From Verrucomicrobiota bacterium (GTDB taxonomy: Bacteria > Verrucomicrobiota > Verrucomicrobiia > Verrucomicrobiales > V1-33), in the NCBI GenBank assembly GCA_040386695.1, contig JAZKFB010000001.1, positions 8,236 through 72,235 of the forward strand: a stretch of DNA of 64,000 nucleotides, in the 5' to 3' direction. This document shows positions 1-8,689 of the stretch, piece by piece; the first letter of the stretch is position 1; every line of letters begins with the position of its first letter. The notes beneath the pieces were generated by a model that made no database searches, was not told the origin of the DNA, and saw only the letters and a program-made list of their open reading frames with translations. Position numbers and translations under genes: made by a program.

Positions 1-102
1 GCTCACACTTTTCGCTTTTCCATGAGGACTTTCATGGACGAATCGAAACAGGGGAATTGATTTCCGTCCATCCCTTCTCCCCCTCTGTAGAAGCCGCCCC
101 GT

Positions 103-2580
103 ATGCAAAATCCGCTTTCCTGGTTCCGCTCGCTTTTTCCCTCCACCGGATTCATTTCCTCCAGCTACTCACCCTCCCCGCACCCGCCCGGCCGAAAGCA
201 GCCCGTCTCCGCGCTGCTTCTTCTGGCCGGAGTGCCCTGGCTGGCGGCGCTGACGCCGGCGGCCCACGCTGATCAGTCCGGAGACTTCATCTACACCAAG
301 AGCGGCGCAATCACCGGCTACACCGGTCCCGGGGGCGCGGTGGTGATTCCGGCAACCATCGCGGGCCTGACGATGCGGGCAATCGACAATGCCTTCACGA
401 ATAACACGGCGATCACCAGCGTCACGATCTCCGGCAACGTCACCTCCATCGGAGACTTCGCGTTCTCCGGCTGCACGGGCCTGACCGGCGTCACCATTCC
501 CGCCGGCGTCACCTCCATCGGATTCTATGCCTTCCAGGGCTGCACCGCCTTGTTGAATATGGAGGCGGCCCCGGGCAACACAGTTTACAAAAGTGCCGGA
601 GGTGTGTTGTTCAACCCGGAGGAAACCGTCCTTTGGCTGTATCCTGGAGGGAGAACGGGACCTTACATCATACCCGCCGGCGTCACTTCCATCGGAGAAA
701 CCGCGTTCTCCGGCTGCACGGGCCTGACCGGCGTCACCATCCCCGCCGGCGTCACCTCCATCGGATCCTATGCGTTTCACGGCTGCACCGCTTTGTTGAA
801 TATGGAGGCGGCCCCGGGCAACACAGCCTACAAAAGTGCGGGAGGTGTGTTGTTCAACGCGGAGGAAACCGTCCTTTGGCGGTATCCTGGAGGGAGAACG
901 GGACCTTACACCATCCCCGCCGGTGTCACCTCCATCGCAGGTCATGCGTTCTCCGGCTGCACAGGTCTGACCGGCGTCACCATCCCCGCCGGCGTCACCT
1001 CCATCGGATCCTATGCCTTCCAGGACTGCGACGCCTTGTTGAATATGGAGGTGGCCCCGGGCAACGCAGCCTACAAAAGTGTTGGGGGGGTATTGTTCAA
1101 CCCGAAGGAAACCGCCCTCCTGAACTACCCTGGAGGAAGAACGGGATCTTACACCATCCCCGCCGGCGTCACCTCCATCGGAGACGGAGCGTTCCACAGC
1201 TGCGGGGGTCTGACCGGCGTCACCATTCCCGCCAGCGTCACTTCCATCGGAGGCGAGGCGTTCTCCGGCTGCACGGGTCTGACCGGCGTCACCATCCCTG
1301 CTGGCGTCACTTTCATCGGATACTATGCGTTCTCCTACTGCACGGGTCTGACCGGCATTACCATCCCCGCTGGCATCACTTACATCGGAGGCGGGGCGTT
1401 CCAAGGCTGCACGGGCCTGACCGGCGTCACCATCCCCGGCAACGTCACCTTCATCGGAGACCATGCGTTCCAAGGCTGCACGGGCCTGACCGGCGTCACC
1501 ATCCTCGCCGGCGTCACTTCCATCGGAGGCTGGATGTTCTTTGGCTGCACGAGCCTGACCAGCGTCACCATTCCCGCCAGCGTCACTTCCATCGGAGGCT
1601 ATGCCTTTCACGGCTGCACCGCCTTGTTGAATATGGAGGTGGCCCCGGGCAACACAGTCTACAAAAGTGTTGGGGGGGTATTGTTCAACCCGGAGGAAAC
1701 CGACCTCCGGCGGTATCCCTCAGGGAGAACGGGACCTTACACCATCCCCGCCGGTGTCACCTCCATCGCAGGTTATGCGTTCTCCGGCTGCGCGGGCCTG
1801 ACCGGCGTCACCATCCCCGCCAGCGTCACTTCCATCGGAGGCTATGCCTTCCAGGGCTGCACCGCTTTGTTGAATATGGAGGTGGCCCCGGGCAACACAG
1901 TCTACAAAAGTGTTGGGGGGGTATTGTTCAACACGAAGGAAACCATCCTCCGGCAGTATCCTGAAGGGAGAACGGGACCTTACACCATCCCCGCCGGCGT
2001 CACCTCCATCGGAGGCGGAGCGTTCCACAACTGCGGGGGTCTGACCAGCATCACCATTTCCGCCAGCGTCACTTCCATCGGAGGCGAAGCGTTCCAATTC
2101 TGCTCACATCTGACAGGCGTCACCATTCCCTCCGGCGTCACCTCCATCGGACAGTATGCGTTCGGATACTGCCCAGGTCTGAAGGCGGTTCTTTTTGAGG
2201 GAAATGCTCCACAGAACTTTTTTAGTTCCGCCTTTGCGCAAATGCCCCCCGGATTCACCATTTCCTATTACGAAGGCGCTGTCGGCTTCACCTCGCCGAG
2301 ATGGAGAGGCTATGCGTCGGTCGCGGTGCCGAGACCGGTGGATGGCGGCGCATTCCGGGTGGAAAGTCTCACCCTCCAAAGCGGTGTGGCCATCCTGCGG
2401 GTGAGTGGCGGCAGGCGGGGCTGGACCTACACTCTTCAGCGCGGCGCGGATCTGAGCCCGGCCTTCTGGCAGTCCGTGGGCACTGTCGGCCCGGTGATAG
2501 CGGATGGCGCTCTGGAGTTGACGGACCCCGCGCCGCCTCAGTCACGTGCGTTTTACCGCGTTACGGGCCAGTCACCGTAA
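103..2580 (+). CDS. BspA-type leucine-rich-repeat surface protein with a signal peptide and a C-terminal beta-sandwich-like tail
   Basis: 825-aa ORF. The N-terminal hydrophobic segment ends in AAHA. There are many ~23-aa units GCTGLTGVTIPAGVTSIGxxAF and five ~80-aa super-repeats containing NME[AV]APGN..YKS.GGVLFN. The C-terminus reads WTYTLQRGADL...RAFYRV. Confidence 0.8.
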   Translation: MQNPLSWFRSLFPSTGFISSSYSPSPHPPGRKQPVSALLLLAGVPWLAALTPAAHADQSGDFIYTKSGAITGYTGPGGAVVIPATIAGLTMRAIDNAFTNNTAITSVTISGNVTSIGDFAFSGCTGLTGVTIPAGVTSIGFYAFQGCTALLNMEAAPGNTVYKSAGGVLFNPEETVLWLYPGGRTGPYIIPAGVTSIGETAFSGCTGLTGVTIPAGVTSIGSYAFHGCTALLNMEAAPGNTAYKSAGGVLFNAEETVLWRYPGGRTGPYTIPAGVTSIAGHAFSGCTGLTGVTIPAGVTSIGSYAFQDCDALLNMEVAPGNAAYKSVGGVLFNPKETALLNYPGGRTGSYTIPAGVTSIGDGAFHSCGGLTGVTIPASVTSIGGEAFSGCTGLTGVTIPAGVTFIGYYAFSYCTGLTGITIPAGITYIGGGAFQGCTGLTGVTIPGNVTFIGDHAFQGCTGLTGVTILAGVTSIGGWMFFGCTSLTSVTIPASVTSIGGYAFHGCTALLNMEVAPGNTVYKSVGGVLFNPEETDLRRYPSGRTGPYTIPAGVTSIAGYAFSGCAGLTGVTIPASVTSIGGYAFQGCTALLNMEVAPGNTVYKSVGGVLFNTKETILRQYPEGRTGPYTIPAGVTSIGGGAFHNCGGLTSITISASVTSIGGEAFQFCSHLTGVTIPSGVTSIGQYAFGYCPGLKAVLFEGNAPQNFFSSAFAQMPPGFTISYYEGAVGFTSPRWRGYASVAVPRPVDGGAFRVESLTLQSGVAILRVSGGRRGWTYTLQRGADLSPAFWQSVGTVGPVIADGALELTDPAPPQSRAFYRVTGQSP

Positions 2581-3468
2581 AGTTTTCCCCGCGCCTGTTC
2601 CCAATCCGCTTTAAGGAGGAAATCAGGCAGGGAGATTTTCGCCTGCCCCACCATCTTCTCTCCCTGCGGCGTCGGGGAAAGGCCTCCCGGGCGCGCCCCG
2701 CAGCCCCGGGGCCGCTCACCGGCCCGCACGGAGAGGGGAAGGCGGTGCCGTTTCCTGGAGGTTCTCCAAACTCCGAAAATCCCGGCCCTTCTTCCGTTCC
2801 GAACCGGATAAGCCCATGACCGGTTCCTCGTGGCCGGAAGTGGCTCACGGAAATTTTGACCTGCTCCCCGCGTGAGGATCGCTCCGGCGCGGCGCGGCCA
2901 ATTTTACAGCCCGGTTCCCATCGTGGCTCCGCCGGGCTGCGGCGTGGCCATTGTCCGGCCGGGAGGAAATGCGCCGGGCGTGGCGGTTCCCGCACAGCCT
3001 GAAAGACCCGCGGCAGCCAGCACGGACAGAAAAATTCGCTTCAGCATCCGGCGGATTAACACGGGTTCCTTAAATTTCACCATATTCCGGCCCTTTGAAG
3101 CTCCCCGCTCCCGCCAGCCCGGGAGCGTCCCTCAAGGAGACGCGCCGCCGCTTTCTCCCTGCCCGGGAAAAACGGCGCAAACTTGGGTCACCGGACGGGC
3201 AAACCCCGGTACCGAATAATTCCCCTTATTGGAACAAATCTGAAATTGATTGGTAGATTTGAATATTATTGTGCTTTGCGTTGGAATGCTCCGTTGCGAA
3301 GCTGTGCGGCGTGGTTCCAAGGCGAATTTCCGTGGCAACGGCCCCCCTGCCCCACTCTCCCGCAGGATCAGGAATGGAGGATCCCTCGAATTTAGTTTCA
3401 GATGTTGCAATTATTTCAGATATCCCGCACTGTTTACGGGACCTAGCTCGACTGAACCGTTTTCCTTT

Positions 3469-3900
3469 ATGAGTTCAACCACCCTGATTCCCACCCTCGA
3501 GGAAGCGGCACTTGCACGGAACTCCACCCAGGCGCTGGATGGCATCTCTCTCACGGGAGGCGGCAGTATCCGGCTTGAGACGGGGGGCCAGGCGGTGGAG
3601 GTTCCCGCAAAACTCCTCAGCCTCCTCCGGGATGCCTTGGCAAGCATGGCTAAAGGTCAAAGTATCAGTCTGATATCCCTTGGGGAGGAGGTCACTCCTC
3701 AGGAGGCAGCCGCTCTGCTTAAAGTCTCCCGCCCTTTCGCCGCCCGCCTTTTCGACCAGGGCTTCATCCCCAGCCGCCGGGTGGGGACCCATCGCCGCGC
3801 CCTGGCCTCGGATGTGATGACGTACAGGGAAAAGGAAAAGGCTGCACGACTGGAGGCTTTGGATGAGCTGACGGCAGAGGCGCAGCGGCTTGGACTGTGA
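3469..3900 (+). CDS. HTH (excisionase/MerR-like) antitoxin candidate
   Basis: ATG at 3469 (MSSTTLIPTLEE...). The C-terminal half contains an HTH-like segment (VTPQEAAALLKVSRPFAARLFDQG). Its stop overlaps the start of the downstream PIN gene (GTGA at 3897-3900). Confidence 0.6.
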   Translation: MSSTTLIPTLEEAALARNSTQALDGISLTGGGSIRLETGGQAVEVPAKLLSLLRDALASMAKGQSISLISLGEEVTPQEAAALLKVSRPFAARLFDQGFIPSRRVGTHRRALASDVMTYREKEKAARLEALDELTAEAQRLGL

Positions 3901-4475
3901 CTATGGGATTCCCGCCTGTTGTTCTCCTTGATGCCTGCGTGCTTTATCCAGCCGCTCTGCGGGATCTTTTGATGCGGCTGGCCGTGCATGACCTGATCGC
4001 GGCCCGGTGGTCGGAAAAAATCCATGAGGAATGGATGACCGCAGTCCTCCGCACCCGCCCGGATCTTCAGCTTCACCAGCTTGAGCGCACCCGGCGGCTG
4101 ATGGATCTCCATGCCGGCGATTGCCTGGTGACGGACTACGTGAAACACATGGAGGGAATGATTCTACCGGATATGAATGACCGGCATGTCCTGGCGGCGG
4201 CCATTGAATGCGGAGCGGAGGCGGTTGTCTCCTGGAATGTGAGTGATTTTCCGAAAACAGCTCTGGATCCTCACTCCCTTGACCTTTGGACTCCCGATGA
4301 CCTGATGTCCCGGTTGGCGGTGGCACAGCCCGATTCACTTATTCAGGTCATGCGCGAGCACCGCGCCAGCCTGAAAAACCCTCCCGCCTCAGTAGCCGAG
4401 TATTTGGAAATACTGAAGAACCAGAAATTGAGCTGTCTCTGTGACATCGCCGCCGCTCGGATCGGAGAATTATAG
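3897..4475 (+). CDS. PIN-domain toxin (VapC-like)
   Basis: 192 aa. It has N-terminal VLLDACVLYP with an acidic residue, a central DMNDRHVLAAAIECGA motif typical of PIN proteins, and VSWNVSDF. It is translationally coupled to the upstream HTH gene. Confidence 0.65.
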   Translation: MTMGFPPVVLLDACVLYPAALRDLLMRLAVHDLIAARWSEKIHEEWMTAVLRTRPDLQLHQLERTRRLMDLHAGDCLVTDYVKHMEGMILPDMNDRHVLAAAIECGAEAVVSWNVSDFPKTALDPHSLDLWTPDDLMSRLAVAQPDSLIQVMREHRASLKNPPASVAEYLEILKNQKLSCLCDIAAARIGEL

Positions 4476-4534
4476 ACTGGTGCCCGGCCTCGGAGGCTGA
4501 AAATCTCCACAAATTGATTTCATCGCGCCAAAAG

Positions 4535-5837
4535 CATACTTGCATACTCACATACTGAATGCAAATTTCCAACTTTTCCCTTTACTGCATACCACCGTTA
4601 AGTATTCTGGTATGCAAGTATGATCATCACTCTTTGTAATCAGAAGGGCGGAGCTGGAAAAACCACCCTCACGCTTCTGCTGGCAATGGCCTTGGAGGAC
4701 GTTGGACGCCGCGTGGCGGTGATCGACAGAGACCCGCAGGCAACCTCCAGCCGTGCCATTGCCAACTTGAACGCCAATGGCCTCAGCAAAATTGAGGTGC
4801 TGTCCTCTGCCGCAGATCACGATGTCACTTTTATCGACACCGCTCCCCGCTTGAATGAGTCTCTGGGCCGTTCCATTGCCGAGAGCAGCCGCGTGATTTT
4901 GGTCTCCTCCCCCTCCCCGGCGGATCTCTGGAGCACTCAGGAGAGCCGGGATTTTGTCTTGCGACATCTATCCCCCGGGGCCAAAACAGCCATTCTCTTC
5001 AACAGCGTGGTCAAAGGTTCCCGGATTTCCCGTGACTTGGAAGTGCTGGCGGGGCATATCCAGCTCCCCGCCCTGCGAAACTGCACGGTGCGCCGACAAT
5101 GCTACCAGTACGCCATTCTGCAGGGCTGGGGGGCATTGAAGTCCGTTGAACGGGACGAAATCAAAAGTGCCGCACTCGAAATCGGGACGATGTGACTGGA
5201 CCGGGCTCTGGAAAGCCATCATAGCTTAAATCAGGGGATCACATGATTTGACGGTCGCACCCTGTCCAGCCTACTATGCCCCCAAGCAAATACCAAAAAG
5301 GAACGCTTAAGGGAACGCTCCGCCAAGCCTTAAATCCCGCCGACAGCATACTTGCACACTGGGACGCTATCTGAGATCCCCGATCGCCGCCTTCAAGATT
5401 TAGCTCTCATCGCTCAAGATTTCCAATTGCCTACCTGCACACTTTGCATTTTTACGCAATTTGCGTTTCGAATAGACCGAATTTATGACCGGTATGGGCA
5501 CCGGCATCCTTTCAATTTTCCGCACCCCAGGGAAGGCACACTTGCATACTTGCCTGTTTTATTTTAGTATGCAATTAATGGGATTCACTTTAAATCCGGG
5601 TCGTCGATTTTCCCCGTGTCTCCCAGCGGATACGTCAGCACTGTAACCATGAACCATCAGCATACTTGCATACCTTCCCCTTTGGGCAGAGGAGTCCGTA
5701 AATCTTGTACTTGCACACCAGCATACTCTAATTCCTTCCGACACAAACAAAATCATTCGAGCGCCTGCGCACACTTGCATACTTTTCATTTTTATGGCAT
5801 TCCCTTGGGAAATCCAAGATTCCGCATACTTGCACAC
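4535..5837. repeat. Centromere-like (parS/parC) repeat set, consensus CAYACTTGCAYAC
   Basis: Copies are at 4535-4547, 4610-4622 (inverted, overlapping the parA ATG), 5347-5359, 5537-5549, 5661-5673, 5770-5782 and 5825-5837. Degenerate copies are at 5431-5442 and 5706-5718. Confidence 0.6.
4620..5195 (+). CDS. parA: Small ParA partition ATPase (type Ib-like, no N-terminal HTH)
   Basis: Deviant Walker A in MIITLCNQKGGAGKTTLT; the protein is 191 aa. It is flanked by repeated CAYACTTGCAYAC motifs, one of which overlaps the start codon. Confidence 0.85.
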   Translation: MIITLCNQKGGAGKTTLTLLLAMALEDVGRRVAVIDRDPQATSSRAIANLNANGLSKIEVLSSAADHDVTFIDTAPRLNESLGRSIAESSRVILVSSPSPADLWSTQESRDFVLRHLSPGAKTAILFNSVVKGSRISRDLEVLAGHIQLPALRNCTVRRQCYQYAILQGWGALKSVERDEIKSAALEIGTM

Positions 5838-5847
5838 TTTTTAAATT

Positions 5848-6330
5848 ATGGCCAAGAAACCGGACCCACTCAACGACCTTCTGGCCAGGAGCTTCTCATC
5901 TCCCTCCAAGGCCATAATCCCCGAGGCTATTGCTCCAGTACCAGAGGAGGATCGCGTGGGGACTCAGCCAACGCTTCGGCCTGAAAGCCGGGAAAGCGAA
6001 TCCAAACAGGGCAGGGCAGGGGAAACGGGGCCTACGGAAGAAAATTCACCTGAAATTCCTGATTCACCAACCGCGGTCAAATCGGAAAGTCCATATCCCG
6101 TGCCCGATTTTGACGGTGTGAAGAAAACCACCGTCAGCTTTTACGCGACCGAGCAGGCTCACGTGGACGAGATTTTGGACATGCTTCTCAAAAGCCGCCG
6201 CCACCGGGGAGGCTTTTCGGATGCGGTGAAAATCGCCCTCCGCCTCTGTCCTAAAACGCCTGAGGAAATAGGGAAAGCCTGGGACTCCGCCCGTGCTGCG
6301 GACAAGCGCACCCAGAAGGGTAAATCCTGA
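5848..6330 (+). CDS. Putative centromere-binding partner of ParA (ParG/RHH-like C-terminus, disordered N-terminus)
   Basis: 160 aa, immediately after the last repeat copy. The C-terminal KKTTVSFYATEQAHVDEILDMLLKS looks like a beta-strand plus helix of a ribbon-helix-helix fold. The assignment is positional and structural guesswork. Confidence 0.4.
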   Translation: MAKKPDPLNDLLARSFSSPSKAIIPEAIAPVPEEDRVGTQPTLRPESRESESKQGRAGETGPTEENSPEIPDSPTAVKSESPYPVPDFDGVKKTTVSFYATEQAHVDEILDMLLKSRRHRGGFSDAVKIALRLCPKTPEEIGKAWDSARAADKRTQKGKS

Positions 6331-6405
6331 GCCCAGGAACGTTATCTGCATACTGATTGAGAGTGTGCAAAAATCGCCAGGGCCCCGAACGCTGACATTG
6401 AAGGT

Positions 6406-6469
6406 TTTCTGCTGAAAGGAACGTGCCTCCCGGGAGCAGTGGTCTGTTTCTGCTGAAAAGAACGTGCCT
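6406..6469. repeat. Pair of 23-bp direct repeats upstream of the iterons
   Basis: TTTCTGCTGAAAGGAACGTGCCT at 6406-6428 and TTTCTGCTGAAAAGAACGTGCCT at 6447-6469 (22/23 identical, 41 bp apart). Confidence 0.7.
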
Positions 6470-6514
6470 GCTTTCATCGAAAGCCTACTCTTGCCAAGAG
6501 CTCTGAGACCCGGC

Positions 6515-6671
6515 ATCGTCCCTGGCATCAGGAATCTGTCTGAGTATCGTCCTTTTCATCAGAAATCACATGACGAGTATCGTCCTTTTCATCAGGAAAC
6601 ATCGTCCTTTTCATCAGGGCATTTTGACGCAGCACGTCCTTTTCATCAGGAAACATCGTCCTTTTCATCAG
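6515..6671. repeat. Replication-origin iterons (17-mer ATCGTCCTTTTCATCAG)
   Basis: Copies start at 6546, 6579, 6601, 6633 (CACG variant) and 6655. A degenerate copy is at 6515. Spacings of 31/33/22/32/22 bp are multiples of about 11 bp. An AT-rich tract follows at 6672-6730 and repA lies directly downstream. Confidence 0.75.
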
Positions 6672-6831
6672 AAAATTTTCTATAACTCGTTGATTATCAA
6701 CACTCATTCCCAACATAACTCTTAACTTGTTTGTTTCTAAACAATCAACAACAACAGGACTCTTTTCGAAACCGAGGCCGAAAACCGGTTTTTCGAAGGG
6801 TGGTGTTGTTCTTTCTGGAAAGGATCTTGAA

Positions 6832-8325
6832 ATGAAGAATGGCTCCAAATCAGACACTGATGCGCTTCAGCAGCAACTTCCCGGGTTTGGCGGGATGGTA
6901 TCAGAGTATCAGGAAGGGAAGGATGAACTTAATCTCGCCGAATTCCCCATAGCCGCGCTCAGCAACCGGGTGGATCAGGACACGAAGACCATTGTTTTCG
7001 AGGATTCGACGCGCGATAATTCGACGGGGGAAATCATCGCCAGAAGCCTGACGATCACGGCCAGCGATGCTTTTGGACTACCCACGGCTTCAGATGATGA
7101 AGTTCTGCTGGGGCTCATCCAGATCACGAGGCAACAGGGGTTTCGAAGTCCCAAGATTTACTTCACTCCCTACCAGTTGCTAAGAGTTCTCCGATGGCCT
7201 CCGACCACCAAAAATTATCATCGGATTCACGATGCCCTGAACCGTTGGCTGGGAGTGAGCCTCTACTACGACAACGCCTGGCGGGACAAAAGTACCGGAC
7301 AATGGGTGAATCAGAAATTCCATTTTCTGGACAATGTCTGGATTTTCAGGCCGGGGCAGCCGCAGATCGACGGGCCCGCCGGATATTCCCACATCAAGTG
7401 GAACGAGGTGATTTTCCGCAGCTTCCAGTCGGGCAATATCAAGGCTCTCGATTTTCAGGTTTGGAGTTCGCTGACGACCGCCATTGCCAAACGCATGTAC
7501 CGCTTCCTCGATAAGCGGTTTTACCATCGCTCAAAACTCACCTTCCATCTGGAAAAATTCGCTTTTCACAAGCTGGGGCTGCCCCGCTCGTATGGCGACA
7601 TGGCTCAAGTGAAACGCCGTCTCACGCCTGCGGTGGAGGAGCTGGAGAAGGCGGGATTTTTGAAGGAATGTCCGTCAAGCGACCGCTTCACCAAGAGGCT
7701 GGGAGTGTGGGAAATTCACTTTGAGCGGGGCAGGAAGTCCGAGGAGCCGGACCTAGACGATGAAGCTCAGACATTGCTGGCCATTGAGGTGGAGGATCTG
7801 ACTCCCACTGAAGGCCGTCTTGTCGGCCACGGAGTGACGAAGAGTCAGGCCCGGAAGCTGGCTTCCGAGTTTGATGATGCGGAGGTCAACGATCAGGTGG
7901 ACGCTTTGGAATATTTGCTCTCGAAGGGACAAACGATCCCTGACAATCGAGGAGGCTGGCTGGTTAAGGCCATCACGGAGCGATATACTCCGCCCCGGGG
8001 CTTCAAAACGAAAAAACAGGTGGAAATGGAGCTGCGGCAAAAAGAGGAGAAAACGAAATCGAAGGTGGAATCCAAGAAACGCCGCGAAAGCAAAAAAAAC
8101 TCCGAGGTGGCGGTGGAAGAAGATAAGCAAAACAGAGAGGCCAAAATGGTGGCTGCTTATCTGGAGGGCCTGCCTGAAACCCAGCGGCGCGAAGTGGAAA
8201 TGGCGGCCCTTAAATCGTCTCCACTGACGCGGGGCAGACTCGGAGCGGGAGAAACGGGAGCTTTACTTCGTGAAACAATTATCCGTTCATACGTGCTAGA
8301 ATTGATTGAAGGGCAGCCCGCATGA
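6832..8325 (+). CDS. repA: Plasmid replication initiator (Replication initiator protein A / RPA family-like)
   Basis: ATG at 6832 preceded by GGAAAGGA. The N-terminal ELNLAEFPIAALSNR motif is characteristic of RepA initiators. The C-terminal region is lysine/glutamate-rich. Iterons lie immediately upstream. Confidence 0.8.
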   Translation: MKNGSKSDTDALQQQLPGFGGMVSEYQEGKDELNLAEFPIAALSNRVDQDTKTIVFEDSTRDNSTGEIIARSLTITASDAFGLPTASDDEVLLGLIQITRQQGFRSPKIYFTPYQLLRVLRWPPTTKNYHRIHDALNRWLGVSLYYDNAWRDKSTGQWVNQKFHFLDNVWIFRPGQPQIDGPAGYSHIKWNEVIFRSFQSGNIKALDFQVWSSLTTAIAKRMYRFLDKRFYHRSKLTFHLEKFAFHKLGLPRSYGDMAQVKRRLTPAVEELEKAGFLKECPSSDRFTKRLGVWEIHFERGRKSEEPDLDDEAQTLLAIEVEDLTPTEGRLVGHGVTKSQARKLASEFDDAEVNDQVDALEYLLSKGQTIPDNRGGWLVKAITERYTPPRGFKTKKQVEMELRQKEEKTKSKVESKKRRESKKNSEVAVEEDKQNREAKMVAAYLEGLPETQRREVEMAALKSSPLTRGRLGAGETGALLRETIIRSYVLELIEGQPA

Positions 8326-8344
8326 GCCGGTGTAATGGCCTCTT

Positions 8345-8689
8345 TCAAAATTGGTGTTCTTCAAGCTCGGCCCCACCAAATTCCTTCCCCGGCTCGACTC
8401 TGACGATTCTGGAGACGTGCGGGAGGCCGGGCTCGGGGAACGCGGTGGCCTCCACGGACTCGACGGTGTTGCGCTGGAGGTCCAGGAGGAGGGAAAACAG
8501 GCGCTCGCCTTCAATTTGCAGCTGGGTTTCGCCGAAGTGGCAGATGAGCAGGGTTTCGCCGGTGCCGAGTTCGAAGGAGCCGGCGTGAATGTAGGGCAGG
8601 ACCAGCCAGGGGCCGTCGGTGAGGGCGAAGCGGATGCAGGGGGCCTCCATGCCCTTGGTGAAGATGGTGACGGACGGGGCGGGTTTCAT
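8345..8689 (-). CDS. Hypothetical protein translationally coupled to the relaxase
   Basis: 114-aa ORF starting MKPAPSVTIF. Its ATG overlaps the relaxase stop (ATGA at 8686-8689). No recognisable motif. Confidence 0.5.
   Translation of the reverse strand: MKPAPSVTIFTKGMEAPCIRFALTDGPWLVLPYIHAGSFELGTGETLLICHFGETQLQIEGERLFSLLLDLQRNTVESVEATAFPEPGLPHVSRIVRVEPGKEFGGAELEEHQF

Noticed and set aside
169-1964. 480-aa (minus) and 443-aa (plus, His/Arg-rich) ORFs inside the LRR gene.
   Set aside because: They are periodic low-complexity translations of the same nucleotide repeats in other frames. Only the frame starting at 103 has a signal peptide and the LRR consensus.
2581-3468. Several 70-170-aa ORFs on both strands in the ~890-bp gap after the LRR gene.
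   Set aside because: The ORFs overlap one another, have biased Arg/Pro/Gly composition, and show no start context or motifs. The region is left unannotated. It may hold a promoter for the TA pair but nothing can be supported.
6515-6671. Regularly spaced short repeats that could be mistaken for a mini-CRISPR array.
   Set aside because: The repeats are 17 bp with 5-16-bp spacers, and no cas genes are present. They sit directly upstream of repA with ~11-bp phasing, so they are iterons.
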